Below are positions 44,065-54,030 of a DNA stretch of 64,000 nucleotides, piece by piece. Made by a program: the position numbers and the translations under genes. Numbering within the stretch: the stretch's first letter is position 1; each line of letters begins with the position of its first letter. The DNA is taken from the IMG/VR virus record IMGVR_UViG_3300020186_000013, positions 124,001 through 188,000 of that record. One strand, written 5' to 3'. Below the pieces are notes generated by a model. That model had not been told where the DNA came from. It worked only from the letters and a program-made list of their open reading frames with translations, and ran no database searches.

Positions 44065-44766
44065 TCACCTGATGAGGGGCCACTGGGGGCTTGACGGCCT
44101 GAGCCGCATCCATTGCCCCATTTTACCCCACTCCGGCATCTGGTGCAGAGCAGGAGCCTGTCGCACCCGCGTGATCCGGGTCAGCGTCCGCACGATCAGG
44201 TGCGGATATGCGGCCTTGATGACGTCGATCCCGCCCTGCTCCCGGTCGAGGACCGCGATCACCGCCGACGGGAAGACACGCTCGCTCCGCTCCAGCTTCT
44301 GGAGGGCCTGGATCGTCGAGCCGCCCGTGGTGATCACGTCCTCCAGGAGGACGCAGGCGTTGGTCCGCTTGTTCTCCGTCTTGAACTCCACGCCCGAGTA
44401 CGCCGACCCGCGAACGAGTGCGTCCTCGCCGTCCACCGAGCGAGCCGTGCCGTGAGCCTTGGCCTCCATGCGAACGATGAGGGCGGGCAGCAACTGCCCG
44501 TACTCCCACGCCACCTGTGACACGCCCGACGCCAAGGGCACCGCCCCGACGGCCACACCGGCGAAGCAGTCGATGTCGTGCACGCCCGCCAGGGCCTCGC
44601 GGCACGTCGCCACCATCAAAGCTCGACCGGCACACGGGTGCAGCAACGCCGTCTTGACGTCGATGTACTCGGTCGACTTCAGGCCCGACGCCAGGGTGAA
44701 GTCGCCCGTCTTATAGGAGTAGTGCTTCAACAGGGCGTCGATGAGGGTGCGTTCGTCTTCCGTCAT
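44065..44766 (-). CDS. pyrE: Orotate phosphoribosyltransferase
   Basis: GDFTLASGLKSTEYID, GAVPLA, R.EAKAHGT, LLEDVITTGGS, VLDREQGG. Confidence 0.9.
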   Translation of the reverse strand: MTEDERTLIDALLKHYSYKTGDFTLASGLKSTEYIDVKTALLHPCAGRALMVATCREALAGVHDIDCFAGVAVGAVPLASGVSQVAWEYGQLLPALIVRMEAKAHGTARSVDGEDALVRGSAYSGVEFKTENKRTNACVLLEDVITTGGSTIQALQKLERSERVFPSAVIAVLDREQGGIDVIKAAYPHLIVRTLTRITRVRQAPALHQMPEWGKMGQWMRLRPSSPQWPLIR

Positions 44767-44795
44767 GGCGTCTCCACAGTGAGTAAGTGGGTGAT

Positions 44796-45188
44796 TCATT
44801 GCGGGATGGGGAGGTGGGCGTAGGCAAACCCCTTGACACCGGCCTCGGCCAGCACCCGCTGGGTCTGCTCGGTTTCCGCCCACTCCTTGGGTGGGTCGGA
44901 GACACCGGCGTCCACGTCCTGCCGCGTTATCACGTTCGCGGCCAGTTCGAGGCTACGCCGGAACCTGGCGACCAGCTCGTCAATGGTGCCGATCCACACG
45001 TCGTGTAGGACGTTGATCGTCTTCTCGCAGGCATCGGTGTCGGTGTCCTTCAGCGAGCAGAGCTTGACCTCCACCTTCCGACTGCACGACTGCGTAATCA
45101 GGATCTTGTCCTTCAGCGGGAACAGACTGGCACCGCCCCCCATGCAGAACCGGGTGGTGTCGATGTTTGGTTTCTTCGCGGGCTCCAC
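44796..45188 (-). CDS. Hypothetical protein
   Basis: 130 aa; AGGAG RBS. Confidence 0.6.
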   Translation of the reverse strand: MEPAKKPNIDTTRFCMGGGASLFPLKDKILITQSCSRKVEVKLCSLKDTDTDACEKTINVLHDVWIGTIDELVARFRRSLELAANVITRQDVDAGVSDPPKEWAETEQTQRVLAEAGVKGFAYAHLPIPQ

Positions 45189-45196
45189 GGGAACTC

Positions 45197-45427
45197 CTAC
45201 TCGGCTCGGGTAATGATGACGTCGCAGTCGTCGGCCTCGATCAAGACGTCATTCACGGGGATAAGAAGTCCGAGGTGGGCTTGCACGCCGAAGGCCGTCG
45301 CCTCGAACTTCACGGACTGGATCGGATGGGCGATGGGGACGCCGTTGAGTTCGATCGTCGCCTTGCCGTCCTTGATGACGAGCTTGAACGAGTCTGCCAC
45401 GGCGTCTCTCCAGGGGGTGTCAGTCAT
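45197..45427 (-). CDS. Small hypothetical protein
   Basis: Start MTDTPW overlaps the end of groES. Confidence 0.6.
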   Translation of the reverse strand: MTDTPWRDAVADSFKLVIKDGKATIELNGVPIAHPIQSVKFEATAFGVQAHLGLLIPVNDVLIEADDCDVIITRAE

Positions 45428-45797
45428 TGCTGCGTTCAACGTAGACGGCGAGGATGTCGTCCTCGCGGACGATGATGGTGTTCTCGCAGCCGGGGACTTC
45501 CACGCCCGCGTACCGGGTGTACAGGACGTGCTGGCCGGTCTTCACCGCGATCGGCTTGACCGTCCCATCGGCCAGCGTGCGGCCGGGGCCAATCACGAGG
45601 ACAGTGCCCATCGACGGCTTGTCCCGAGCCCGATCCGGCAGCAGGATGCCGCCGGGCGTCTTCGTGACGGCCTCATCGGTCAGGATAACCACGCGATCGT
45701 CCAGCGGGTCCACGAACGGTTCCTTCTTCTTGACCGGAGAGTCGGCCGTCTTGGGCGTCTTTTCCAACTCGTGTTTAAGATCGAACGTCTTGGCCAT
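45420..45797 (-). CDS. groES: Co-chaperonin GroES
   Basis: PLDDRVVI, KTPGGILLPD, GTVLVIGPG, YAGVEV, REDDILA. Confidence 0.92.
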   Translation of the reverse strand: MAKTFDLKHELEKTPKTADSPVKKKEPFVDPLDDRVVILTDEAVTKTPGGILLPDRARDKPSMGTVLVIGPGRTLADGTVKPIAVKTGQHVLYTRYAGVEVPGCENTIIVREDDILAVYVERSND

Positions 45798-45898
45798 GTT
45801 GCACCCGAGGTTGGTTGGTGCGTCCCTGCGAAACGAAGTCGGCTACCGTGCCTTCCAGTGTCGGAGCATGGTAGCCGGTGATATTCATAACGGCCAGA

Positions 45899-46498
45899 TC
45901 ACTTGTCCTTCATGTCCATGGTCAGCTCGATCTCCTTCTCAACCGTCATCTTCTCTTGGAGCTTTGCCTGCTCCTCCCTCATCAGCTTGCGTTCGACCTC
46001 GTAGTCGAGCGGCTCCATCGTCGCGACGGCCGCGTTGCGTGCGTCCCAGCCCCTCTTCATCCCCCGGTACTCGGTGTTAAGTGCCTCCCAGTTCTTTCGG
46101 AGAGCGTCAAGGTCCGCCGATGTGCCCGTGAACAACTGGGGCGGCGTCACGATCAAGGTCAGCATCCGGTTGGTCTCTTCGACCAGCGGGACGAGGTCGT
46201 CCGGCGTCTCCAGCCACTTCTTGTGGTCCGCGACGAACACGGCCAGCATCTCGGTGTTCTTGTTCACCGCAGCCACCAACTCGTCTTCTTCCTCGTCCTC
46301 GACAGCCGGAGGCGTTTCCACGACCGGCCAGCCCCAGAACAAGGCCGTCACGCTGTCGGTCAGCAGCCGCAGCAGGCTGTGGACGAAGATGCACCCGAGG
46401 ATCGTGAGCACGAAGCCCGCGACGATGACGATGCAACTGAACAACATCTGCGTCGAGGCGTTCCACTTGGAGAACGCCTCCATCCATTGGTCCTGCAT
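45899..46498 (-). CDS. Membrane protein with a coiled-coil tail
   Basis: TM segment plus charged C-terminus; start uncertain. Confidence 0.55.
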   Translation of the reverse strand: MQDQWMEAFSKWNASTQMLFSCIVIVAGFVLTILGCIFVHSLLRLLTDSVTALFWGWPVVETPPAVEDEEEDELVAAVNKNTEMLAVFVADHKKWLETPDDLVPLVEETNRMLTLIVTPPQLFTGTSADLDALRKNWEALNTEYRGMKRGWDARNAAVATMEPLDYEVERKLMREEQAKLQEKMTVEKEIELTMDMKDK

Positions 46499-46563
46499 TA
46501 CGCTCTCCGGGGGTTCAAAGGCGGTCCACAATCTTGACGGGTTTGTCGGTGTCGACGGCACGG

Positions 46564-47049
46564 TCAAAACATCACGCGGTAGCGGGGACCACGGAGGATG
46601 TAGAGGTTCTGGGGCAACGTCGCGAACGGCATGCTGATGCTGACGACGTCGATCGTGTATCGCTTCTGCAACCACCACTGGAACCCGCGACGGAGGATCT
46701 CGTGGGCGACGGTACGCTTGGCCCGGTCCAGAGCCGACTCCCTGGCCACGAAGGAGCCGCCCGTCATCTGCGTGCGAATCGCGTCCCTGAACGTCTCCCG
46801 CAGCAAGTCCTTGTCGCCCACCAGCCGCAGGGCCGCAGCTACCTTCGGCTCTTCCCACTCGTCGAACCGGTCGGCAAGCACCATCGCCGAGAACTCCAGC
46901 TTGCCGTCCCACAGCTTAGCCAGCTCCTCGCCCACCCACGGGTCGTCGGCCCACATCGGGGCAATCGGCTGGTCGAGTACGTACCCCGCGAGAGCTGCAT
47001 CAAGTGTGCGTTGCACGGCCGCGACCGTAGTCTCCACTTCGGTGCTCAT
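46564..47049 (-). CDS. Hypothetical protein
   Basis: Start MSTEV with a GGAG RBS. Confidence 0.6.
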   Translation of the reverse strand: MSTEVETTVAAVQRTLDAALAGYVLDQPIAPMWADDPWVGEELAKLWDGKLEFSAMVLADRFDEWEEPKVAAALRLVGDKDLLRETFRDAIRTQMTGGSFVARESALDRAKRTVAHEILRRGFQWWLQKRYTIDVVSISMPFATLPQNLYILRGPRYRVMF

Positions 47050-47051
47050 GG

Positions 47052-47414
47052 TCACTCCGGCTTCTTCGTGGGGTGGGGGTACGTCCGGGCGTGGATCTTG
47101 TCGGCCCAGTCGGCCGCATCCTTGCGGACATCGGGGTTGCGAGACTTCCAGTCGCCTAGGTGCCCAATCCACAGGTGGTGAGTCGGGCACAGGGTGACGA
47201 AGTTGTCGCGTTCGAGTTCCTTGCTCGGGTCCCAGCTGACGGGCATGACGTGGTGAACTTCGACGTTCTCGCGGTTGCCGCAGGCGGCACACCTCGGGTT
47301 GTCCTTCAACCAAGCCGCCCGGTACGACGGCCACTTGCCCGACCGGGCGACCAGCAACTCGATCTGGGGCCGCGTTGGTCCCAGGCCGACGACACGCAAG
47401 AGAAGTCCGATCAT
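47052..47414 (-). CDS. Small HNH endonuclease
   Basis: CAACG..EVHHVMP...NFVTLCPTHH...H. Confidence 0.85.
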   Translation of the reverse strand: MIGLLLRVVGLGPTRPQIELLVARSGKWPSYRAAWLKDNPRCAACGNRENVEVHHVMPVSWDPSKELERDNFVTLCPTHHLWIGHLGDWKSRNPDVRKDAADWADKIHARTYPHPTKKPE

Positions 47415-47440
47415 GGTAACCTTCCGTGGTTATCGCCCAC

Positions 47441-47812
47441 TCACCGCACGAAGATGTGCATGTAGCGGCGTCCGTCCCGTCCCAAGGCCCAGGCCGCTCC
47501 CGCAAAGCGGTAGCGGTCGTAGGTACAGCAGGCACCCCAGCCGAGGTGCGGTGGCCATGCGGCACAACCAGCGGCGGACGCCGATGTGCTGACAGGCAAG
47601 GCCGTGAAATCGTTGGCGGTGTGGCCCTGGATCAGTCGGGCGGCTCGGAAGTCGGCGATGTTCTTGGCCCCCGCCGTCAGGTTGGGGTCCTCGATAAACG
47701 GCGGGAGGCCACGTGCGGCCCGTGCGGCGTTGACCTCTGCAAGGGCGTCGTCGGCGGCGAGGCTGATCGACGCGGTCACCACGCACACGATGAGGGTAGC
47801 GATCCAACGCAT
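47441..47812 (-). CDS. Secreted CAP/SCP-domain-like protein
   Basis: Signal peptide MRWIATLIV..., EVNAARAARGLPP...L, GH. Confidence 0.65.
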   Translation of the reverse strand: MRWIATLIVCVVTASISLAADDALAEVNAARAARGLPPFIEDPNLTAGAKNIADFRAARLIQGHTANDFTALPVSTSASAAGCAAWPPHLGWGACCTYDRYRFAGAAWALGRDGRRYMHIFVR

Positions 47813-47825
47813 TCTTCGTCTCCTG

Positions 47826-48998
47826 TCACTCGGGAACAGGTGGCCTCGGCCGAGGGAACACGTCGTTCTTCTCATGCGGCATCGGGGCCACCTCCACTTG
47901 CCTGAACTCAGCCTTCTTACCGGGGATGAGTCCACGCTTAATGGCTTCTTCCTCGCTGATCCGTTCGAGGCCACGCTTCTTCAGCTCCTCGTCGGACAGC
48001 TTCTCCAGCTCCTTCGGGTCGAGGGAGTTGGCGAGCGGCATCCGCATTGCCTTCAGCATCCACTCCGCTTCACTCACCTTCTTGGTAGTGCCGTCGAGCA
48101 AGAATAGCAAGAACTGCCCGTCCCGCAAGGGCACGGCCAACCTCACCTGGTGGAGGTCCTGGGCCTTGTATACCACACCGCCGTCAGACGCCCGACGGAT
48201 ACATATCGGCTCGCCCGTGGGATCGAAGCCCGAAGCGTTCATGAACACGACCAGGGGGAAGTCGGTGTCCTTAATCAGGGCCTTGTACGGGGCAAGACGA
48301 TCGGGCTGCTGAGCGTTGTCCTCGGCCGTGATGTAGGCGGCGGCGAGACCGTCGGCCGGGACCTCGGTGCCGTTGACGTAGGTGTACCGCACCAGGCCGT
48401 GCCGCTGGTCGAAGTCGACCGTGATCTTAGGCTCCTCCTCGAATGGCTGCACCTTCCAGGTGGCCATCGACGTCTGGCCGGAGATCTTGTCGTACAGCGG
48501 GGAGCCGAGACGTTTGTCCCGGAAGAAGAACGCCAGCAGGATAATGACGGGCACGGACAACAACCACCGCAGCCAACGCGGCCACTTCTTGGGCTCGGGC
48601 AGGCCGAGTTCCTTGACCACTTCCTTCGCGGCCCCCGCGACCTCTTCGGGAGTCTTGGGGTTGTAATAGTTGGGCTTCTTCTTGTCGTCAGGCACGTCCG
48701 TGTCCTCCTCAAAGCTGGTTTCTACATCCCTGTACCGGCTCGCAAGCACCGAGACCACGCGGTCCGACCGGCCGAGGGCGATCACGACATCGTTGTACCC
48801 GAGAGCCCCCTGCACGGTCCCGATCTGGGCGTGGATCAGGTCCAGTTCAGCGTCCGACGGCGGCGGGTCGAGGAACGTCAACGCTGGACCGATCGACGGC
48901 CAGTCCTCGCGGCCCAACTCGAAAATGTCATACGGCAGACCGTTGACGACTACCGAATAGCAGGTGATGACGATACGCCCGGCGATGCTGTCGTGCAT
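47826..48998 (-). CDS. Hypothetical membrane protein
   Basis: 390 aa with an internal TM helix; an internal GTG start near 48696 is also possible. Confidence 0.6.
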   Translation of the reverse strand: MHDSIAGRIVITCYSVVVNGLPYDIFELGREDWPSIGPALTFLDPPPSDAELDLIHAQIGTVQGALGYNDVVIALGRSDRVVSVLASRYRDVETSFEEDTDVPDDKKKPNYYNPKTPEEVAGAAKEVVKELGLPEPKKWPRWLRWLLSVPVIILLAFFFRDKRLGSPLYDKISGQTSMATWKVQPFEEEPKITVDFDQRHGLVRYTYVNGTEVPADGLAAAYITAEDNAQQPDRLAPYKALIKDTDFPLVVFMNASGFDPTGEPICIRRASDGGVVYKAQDLHQVRLAVPLRDGQFLLFLLDGTTKKVSEAEWMLKAMRMPLANSLDPKELEKLSDEELKKRGLERISEEEAIKRGLIPGKKAEFRQVEVAPMPHEKNDVFPRPRPPVPE

Positions 48999-49822
48999 TC
49001 GGCTAACTCCTTGCCGAGGGTCTCGCGAACTTCAATGTTCTTGGCCCACGCCGCCAGCAGGATGCGGGGATCGACCCCGAGCTTCCTCGCCTCGTGGATC
49101 AGGCTGTTGATGTCCTTGGGCAGACACGCACCGCCGAAGCCGAGTTCGCCGTCGTGGCCCGGCACGTCCCAGTGGGTGTCGCCCATCCGACTGTCAAGAC
49201 ACGCCACACTGATCGTCCGGGCGTAGTTGATCTGCGTCGCATCACAGATCTGGCGGATCTCGTTGGCGAAGGCGACCTTGGTAGCGAAGAAGGCGTTGGT
49301 CGCCATCTTCACCATCTCCATGACCTTGGCCTCGTCGACGCAGATGGCGGCAAACGGGAACGCCTTGGAGTAGATGGTCTTGGCCGTCCTCATTCCCTCA
49401 TCGAGCATGCCGCCCAGAAGAACGTGCTTCTGGTCGAGGAACTCCTTGACAGCAGTCTTGGCCGAGGAAAACTCAGGGTTGAACACCACGTCCAAGTTGC
49501 GGTACTTGGCGTTCAGGGCGTCCGTCGTGCCCGGCGGCACGGTCGACTTCAGGAGAACAGTGCGTCGTGCGGTCGGCAGGCTGTGGGCGTTCAACTGGGC
49601 ACAGACCTTGTGCACGATCGACGTGTCACAGCTGCCGTCCGGGTTCATGGACGTCGGGACGCACACGAAGACCGGGCCGTGCCGCAGAACGGCCATCATG
49701 TCCCCGACCGACGGGAACTCAGACTTCGTGGGGTCGGTGTCGTACCGATACAGGCGGTAGTGGCCGTAAAACCCCGCCGCCACCGCGTACCCAATGATGC
49801 CGTACCCAACGATACCGAGCAT
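48950..49822 (-). CDS. UDP-glucose/GDP-mannose dehydrogenase family, lacking the C-terminal domain
   Basis: GIVGYGIIG, VCVPT, KSTVPPGT, NPEF, EMVKMATNAFFATKVAFANE, GFGGACLPKD. Confidence 0.88.
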   Translation of the reverse strand: MLGIVGYGIIGYAVAAGFYGHYRLYRYDTDPTKSEFPSVGDMMAVLRHGPVFVCVPTSMNPDGSCDTSIVHKVCAQLNAHSLPTARRTVLLKSTVPPGTTDALNAKYRNLDVVFNPEFSSAKTAVKEFLDQKHVLLGGMLDEGMRTAKTIYSKAFPFAAICVDEAKVMEMVKMATNAFFATKVAFANEIRQICDATQINYARTISVACLDSRMGDTHWDVPGHDGELGFGGACLPKDINSLIHEARKLGVDPRILLAAWAKNIEVRETLGKELAECTTASPGVSSSPAIR

Positions 49823-49897
49823 GGTGTGCCGCCGCTGAATCTCATAAGTCGCGGAGAAGTCCTTCGTCCAGCCGGGGAAACTGTCCACGATGATCTC

Positions 49898-50302
49898 CTA
49901 GCTATCCGCCCGCAAGACGTTGAGGGCGTCTTCAATGTGAAACGCCGCCTGTTTCGACTTGGCGTCGGTCTGCTCCCGCGACCGTGTACGGTCGAGCAGG
50001 ATGGCTAACAGGGCCTCGTCGGTGAGGCCGTGGGTGCCCTCAGACCGGAACTCCAGCACCGTCTGGGACAGCGATTCATCCGAGCTCAAGTGGGACGGCT
50101 GGGCACACGGCTTGGGTGGGGTGTCAGGGCCGCTTGGCGGGGCGTCCGGGTTGCCCGGCTTGTCGTCGGTGCTGAGCCTGGGCACCGACACGCGATACGT
50201 GCCAGGCTGTAACGCCTCGACCGTGACGTGCTCGTTGTCACCGCGACCAACGCGGTGAGTAGTGATCTCGCGGGCGAGCCAGCAGGCTTCGGGAGCGACC
50301 AT
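49898..50302 (-). CDS. Hypothetical protein with a Tad1-like helical hairpin
   Basis: LEF..EG.HGLTDEALLAILLDR...AAFHIEDAL. Confidence 0.5.
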   Translation of the reverse strand: MVAPEACWLAREITTHRVGRGDNEHVTVEALQPGTYRVSVPRLSTDDKPGNPDAPPSGPDTPPKPCAQPSHLSSDESLSQTVLEFRSEGTHGLTDEALLAILLDRTRSREQTDAKSKQAAFHIEDALNVLRADS

Positions 50303-50353
50303 GTTGTTCCTCCAGGGGTGACAGGTGGGCAGAGAAAAGGATACTCAACCCGG

Positions 50354-51157
50354 TCACGAACCGCCAGCCGGACGCTGCTGCGGCTGTCCCGGCTCTCCAG
50401 GGGCGTGGCAGTGGACAACGTCACCGGGCTTGAACAATTGCCAGACGTAGCAGGGCCGCAGGCTGCCCACAAGGTACTGCTTGTACCAATCCCGCCAATG
50501 GATGCAATCGCCCTCGTGACCGGGGTACTGCAACATCGCCTCTCCCCCATTCTTCACCTTACGCTCGAACTGGGCATAGCTGCGGAGCGGGTAGTGGTGC
50601 ATCTCCAATGCCGGACTCGTGACGACGTCGCCGGTAAGCCCCTCGACGGCGTGCAACCCCTGGGCCACGTGGACGAACATCGACGGCCGGTGGATCACAC
50701 GCGGGTGGTTGTCCTGGAGCACGCAGAACGGGAAGTCCTTCGGGTCGAACGGACCAACTCGGTCGGGCTCACCCTGCACGGGCTTGTGAATCCACGTCCG
50801 ACCCCGGTCGAGGAAGACCGTAGACACGTTCGCGGGCACGGTCTCCAGGTAGGAGAGGTGCCCCCAGAACTCGTCGGCGTCCAGGTGCATGACCCAGTCG
50901 GGCTTGTACCTCTGGGCGATGTACTTCGCCAGCCCCGTGATCCACTTCGACTGCTCGTAGGTGTGGTTGGGTTGATCGAACACGTCGAGGACATGGGGCC
51001 ACTTCCACTGCAACTCGTCGAGCAACTCCCTGGTCCCGTCCGTGCTGCCGTTGTCCATGATGACGAAGCCGTCCACCCCGCGTTCGTGGTGGTGGCGGAT
51101 ATTGGCCTCGACGATCTCGACCTCGTCCCGGACGAGGAGGGTGGCGACGATCTTCAT
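50354..51157 (-). CDS. Glycosyltransferase family 2-like
   Basis: VRDEVEIVEANIRHH, DNGSTDGT, WVMHLDADEF, HHYPLRS. Confidence 0.85.
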   Translation of the reverse strand: MKIVATLLVRDEVEIVEANIRHHHERGVDGFVIMDNGSTDGTRELLDELQWKWPHVLDVFDQPNHTYEQSKWITGLAKYIAQRYKPDWVMHLDADEFWGHLSYLETVPANVSTVFLDRGRTWIHKPVQGEPDRVGPFDPKDFPFCVLQDNHPRVIHRPSMFVHVAQGLHAVEGLTGDVVTSPALEMHHYPLRSYAQFERKVKNGGEAMLQYPGHEGDCIHWRDWYKQYLVGSLRPCYVWQLFKPGDVVHCHAPGEPGQPQQRPAGGS

Positions 51158-51486
51158 TGGTTCAGCTTGCCTTCTGGGCCGGGAGGCTTGTTGCAGTTTT
51201 CGAGTGCCGCCTTCAAAAAGTCGGCCGACGTCTTCTCGTTGTCGACGATGCGGAACTGCTTCTTCACCTCGCAGAAGAACGCTTCGGCACTGGCCGTGTC
51301 GGACGCACCCAGGTGCATCCACTTCGCCTGCCACACCTTCCAGTCCAGAAAGAACGTGTGGATGAGAGCATGGGCCTCGAATGACGCCAATGTGAACTGC
51401 TGGTCGTGGTCGGCGTGCTTCGCCTTCGGGGGCATGTCCTTACCGGCGACCGGCGGGTACAAAGCGTACGGGTTCGTCGAACTCAC
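51154..51486 (-). CDS. Hypothetical protein
   Basis: 110 aa; coupled on both sides. Confidence 0.6.
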   Translation of the reverse strand: MSSTNPYALYPPVAGKDMPPKAKHADHDQQFTLASFEAHALIHTFFLDWKVWQAKWMHLGASDTASAEAFFCEVKKQFRIVDNEKTSADFLKAALENCNKPPGPEGKLNQ

Positions 51487-52388
51487 GTCGACTCCTTCGC
51501 AAGGCGTGCGACGCGGTCCCGCAGGTACTCGACCGAGTCGTGGACGGTGAGGGTCTCCCAGCCCGGACAGCCAGGGCCGACGATCGCGGTCACCAGGAAC
51601 GGATCAGACGTCATGCAGGCTCGTAGCATGAGCCGCTGCCACGGCCGGTCGTGGCTATCGAGGACGAGCTTCAGCTTGTAGTCCGGCACGGCCAGTCGCT
51701 TCTCGGCAGCACGAGCTTCGATCGCGACCTGTCGCAGGCCCTTCTTGTGCAGCTCCTTCATCCGCTCGAACGACTGCTGTTGCCGATTGGCGGGCAGACC
51801 GACGCCGAACCAGTTCTGCCGCACCTCGCCGAAGTGCGTCACGCGGAAACCGAGATCGACCCAACGGGCCTTGGGCCACTTCTCCAGGAACTCCACGTCG
51901 TAGTTGCCGGCGTGGGAGTGCCACGTGTCGAACATCGGCCAGCACTGGCACGCCGGATCATTGGCGTTCCACATCTGGAAATACCCGTACGGCCACGGGT
52001 CGTGGTCGACAATCAGCTTGCCCTTCTCGTCATACCGGCGGGCACCGGCGATCGTGCCGGGCTTGAAGTTCTTCTCGGCGATCTTCCGCCAGTTGGTCTG
52101 AGGCATGATGTCGGAGTCGAAGTGCAGGACGTGGGCGTGGGGGTCCATCGCGGCGTAGGCGACGTTAAGGGCGGCACCCTTGTTGAATGCGGCACCGAAC
52201 TTGCCGAAGACGTCCGTGGTCACCACCCGGATTCGACGGTACTTATTGCACACGTCGATGACGGTCTTATCCTCGGGCTTGGTCACCACCGTTAGGCTGT
52301 CGAGGGTGTCCATCCAGATCGGGAGGGACTGCCGCAGGTAGTTGGCGTAGACGGGGCCGACGCAACACGTGAAGGCATCAATTTCCAT
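51483..52388 (-). CDS. Glycosyltransferase (GT-A fold)-like
   Basis: FNKGAALN, LHFDSDI, GYFQ, D.EF. Confidence 0.7.
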   Translation of the reverse strand: MEIDAFTCCVGPVYANYLRQSLPIWMDTLDSLTVVTKPEDKTVIDVCNKYRRIRVVTTDVFGKFGAAFNKGAALNVAYAAMDPHAHVLHFDSDIMPQTNWRKIAEKNFKPGTIAGARRYDEKGKLIVDHDPWPYGYFQMWNANDPACQCWPMFDTWHSHAGNYDVEFLEKWPKARWVDLGFRVTHFGEVRQNWFGVGLPANRQQQSFERMKELHKKGLRQVAIEARAAEKRLAVPDYKLKLVLDSHDRPWQRLMLRACMTSDPFLVTAIVGPGCPGWETLTVHDSVEYLRDRVARLAKEST

Positions 52389-53070
52389 TGGGCTTCCTGG
52401 CAACGCAGTACAAGAAGTTTTCGTGCTCGACGACCTTCTTCATAACGATCTTGACGTCCTCAAACCCCAACCGCGTCAGCACGTAGCGGAGGGAGTCGGC
52501 GGTGTAGAACCACAGGTGGTCGGGGTTCGTCAAGTCCGTATCGTCGGGCACGATAAGATACAGCGGACGGCCCGGTGCGAGCAACCGGTACATCTCTCGC
52601 AGGGCTCCCGGCGAGTCCGGCATATGCTCGGCGGCGTGAGCACACAGCACCAACTGGGCCTGCCCGGTGGCTGCCGCCTCCAACTCCTCGAAGCACCGGT
52701 TCTCCATGTGCACGTGGTGGTTGTCCCGCATCCACTGAGCCGCCCACGGGTCGGGCTCGAAGCCGACGTAGCTGTAGCCAAGCGACTTCAGGTGACTCAC
52801 GTACGGGCTAACCCCCGTGCCGATCTCAACGGCCATGCCGCCGCCCGGCGGGGCGGGCGGCAGCTTACCGAGGGCACCCGTCAACTCTTCAAGGTACTTG
52901 CCCGGACAGAACGTCCCGTTGACCAGCGAACCCAAGCTCTCGTAATACACCTGTCCCCCCGACGGGTGGTCCCGCCGGTACTGAACATGGTGGGCACACT
53001 TCTTCACCGACTTGGTCGCGTACCAAGTCGGGTCGGGAGTAGTGACGCAGCCGCAGGGGTGCTTGGTCAT
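52378..53070 (-). CDS. Class I SAM-dependent methyltransferase
   Basis: VEIGTG, GFEPD, HAAEHMPD, LLAPG. Confidence 0.8.
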   Translation of the reverse strand: MTKHPCGCVTTPDPTWYATKSVKKCAHHVQYRRDHPSGGQVYYESLGSLVNGTFCPGKYLEELTGALGKLPPAPPGGGMAVEIGTGVSPYVSHLKSLGYSYVGFEPDPWAAQWMRDNHHVHMENRCFEELEAAATGQAQLVLCAHAAEHMPDSPGALREMYRLLAPGRPLYLIVPDDTDLTNPDHLWFYTADSLRYVLTRLGFEDVKIVMKKVVEHENFLYCVARKPNGN

Positions 53071-54011
53071 TTGATTGCCGAGTTCTCGATGTAGTTCGTG
53101 ACCAACTTCAACGTCTTCGCGGCCGGTGCCGTGTCGAGGGTGATGAGTTCCACCCGGCGGTTCTTGTCCTTGGGCTTGTAGATGCCCGCGTGGGTCTGGC
53201 TGACCTCCTCGAACTCGCCGTCGCAGGCCAGTTGCCCGAACCGTCGCAGAGGAACACCGCACCGGTGACAGTGAAACTTCACCTGCTTGGCAAACGCCTC
53301 GATGCTGGAACGCCACCACCCCTCCACGATCGGCACGCCCAGGTCGGGCCACTCAGGGTCATCGGCGTGCAACATCGCCTGGGCACCCATGATCTCGCAC
53401 AGGTAACCCCGCAGGCCCCGGCCCGGCACGGCACAGATCATGGCCGACCAGTTCTGGTTGACGTCGCAGTTGGCGATCATCTCCCACCGCTTGCCCTCGT
53501 CGGGCTCGACGTCCATCATCGCCACGAACGGCGGCGAGTGCCGGGAGTCCGTGTCGTGGCCCTTGAGCTGCTTGCGACACTCCGGCCAGTCCCGGTAGAA
53601 CTCGTCGTACGCAACCTGGTCCATGTGGACGTTCAGGTTGCTGACCTCGGGGTTGAACGTGATGCGGGCAGCCTTGCCCTTCCCGAACAGCTTGTTGCAC
53701 CACAGCCCGCACTGCTCCTGGGGGATGTGCTTGCGGAGGATGGTGCACAGCTCCTCGAACTTCGGGTGCATCGCCGGGTTGCCGCCGAAGATGCCCACGA
53801 CCCCGAAGTAGTCCTTGAGGCTGACCACGGCCTGCTCGAACTCCTCGGTGGTGATGTAGACGTTCTTGCCGCCGAGGTTGCTCCCCTGCGTACAGCCGAA
53901 GCACTGCTTGTCGCAGGCACGGGTGATGTGGATCTGGAGGATGCCGTTACGCCAGCACTTCCGCTTCATGCTGGGCGTCACCATCTTCGCCAAGGCTTCC
54001 TGCTCGGTCAT
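53067..54011 (-). CDS. Radical SAM protein
   Basis: ITRACDKQCFGC (CxxxCxxC), FGGNPAMHP, additional C-terminal Cys residues. Confidence 0.85.
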   Translation of the reverse strand: MTEQEALAKMVTPSMKRKCWRNGILQIHITRACDKQCFGCTQGSNLGGKNVYITTEEFEQAVVSLKDYFGVVGIFGGNPAMHPKFEELCTILRKHIPQEQCGLWCNKLFGKGKAARITFNPEVSNLNVHMDQVAYDEFYRDWPECRKQLKGHDTDSRHSPPFVAMMDVEPDEGKRWEMIANCDVNQNWSAMICAVPGRGLRGYLCEIMGAQAMLHADDPEWPDLGVPIVEGWWRSSIEAFAKQVKFHCHRCGVPLRRFGQLACDGEFEEVSQTHAGIYKPKDKNRRVELITLDTAPAAKTLKLVTNYIENSAIK

Positions 54012-54030
54012 GTCTCACTCCGTTGAGGGT

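Noticed and set aside
47052-47414. HNH gene as the mobiliser of the split intein
   Set aside because: It is about 28 kb away, small, and of the generic phage HNH type; nothing links it to the RNAP locus.
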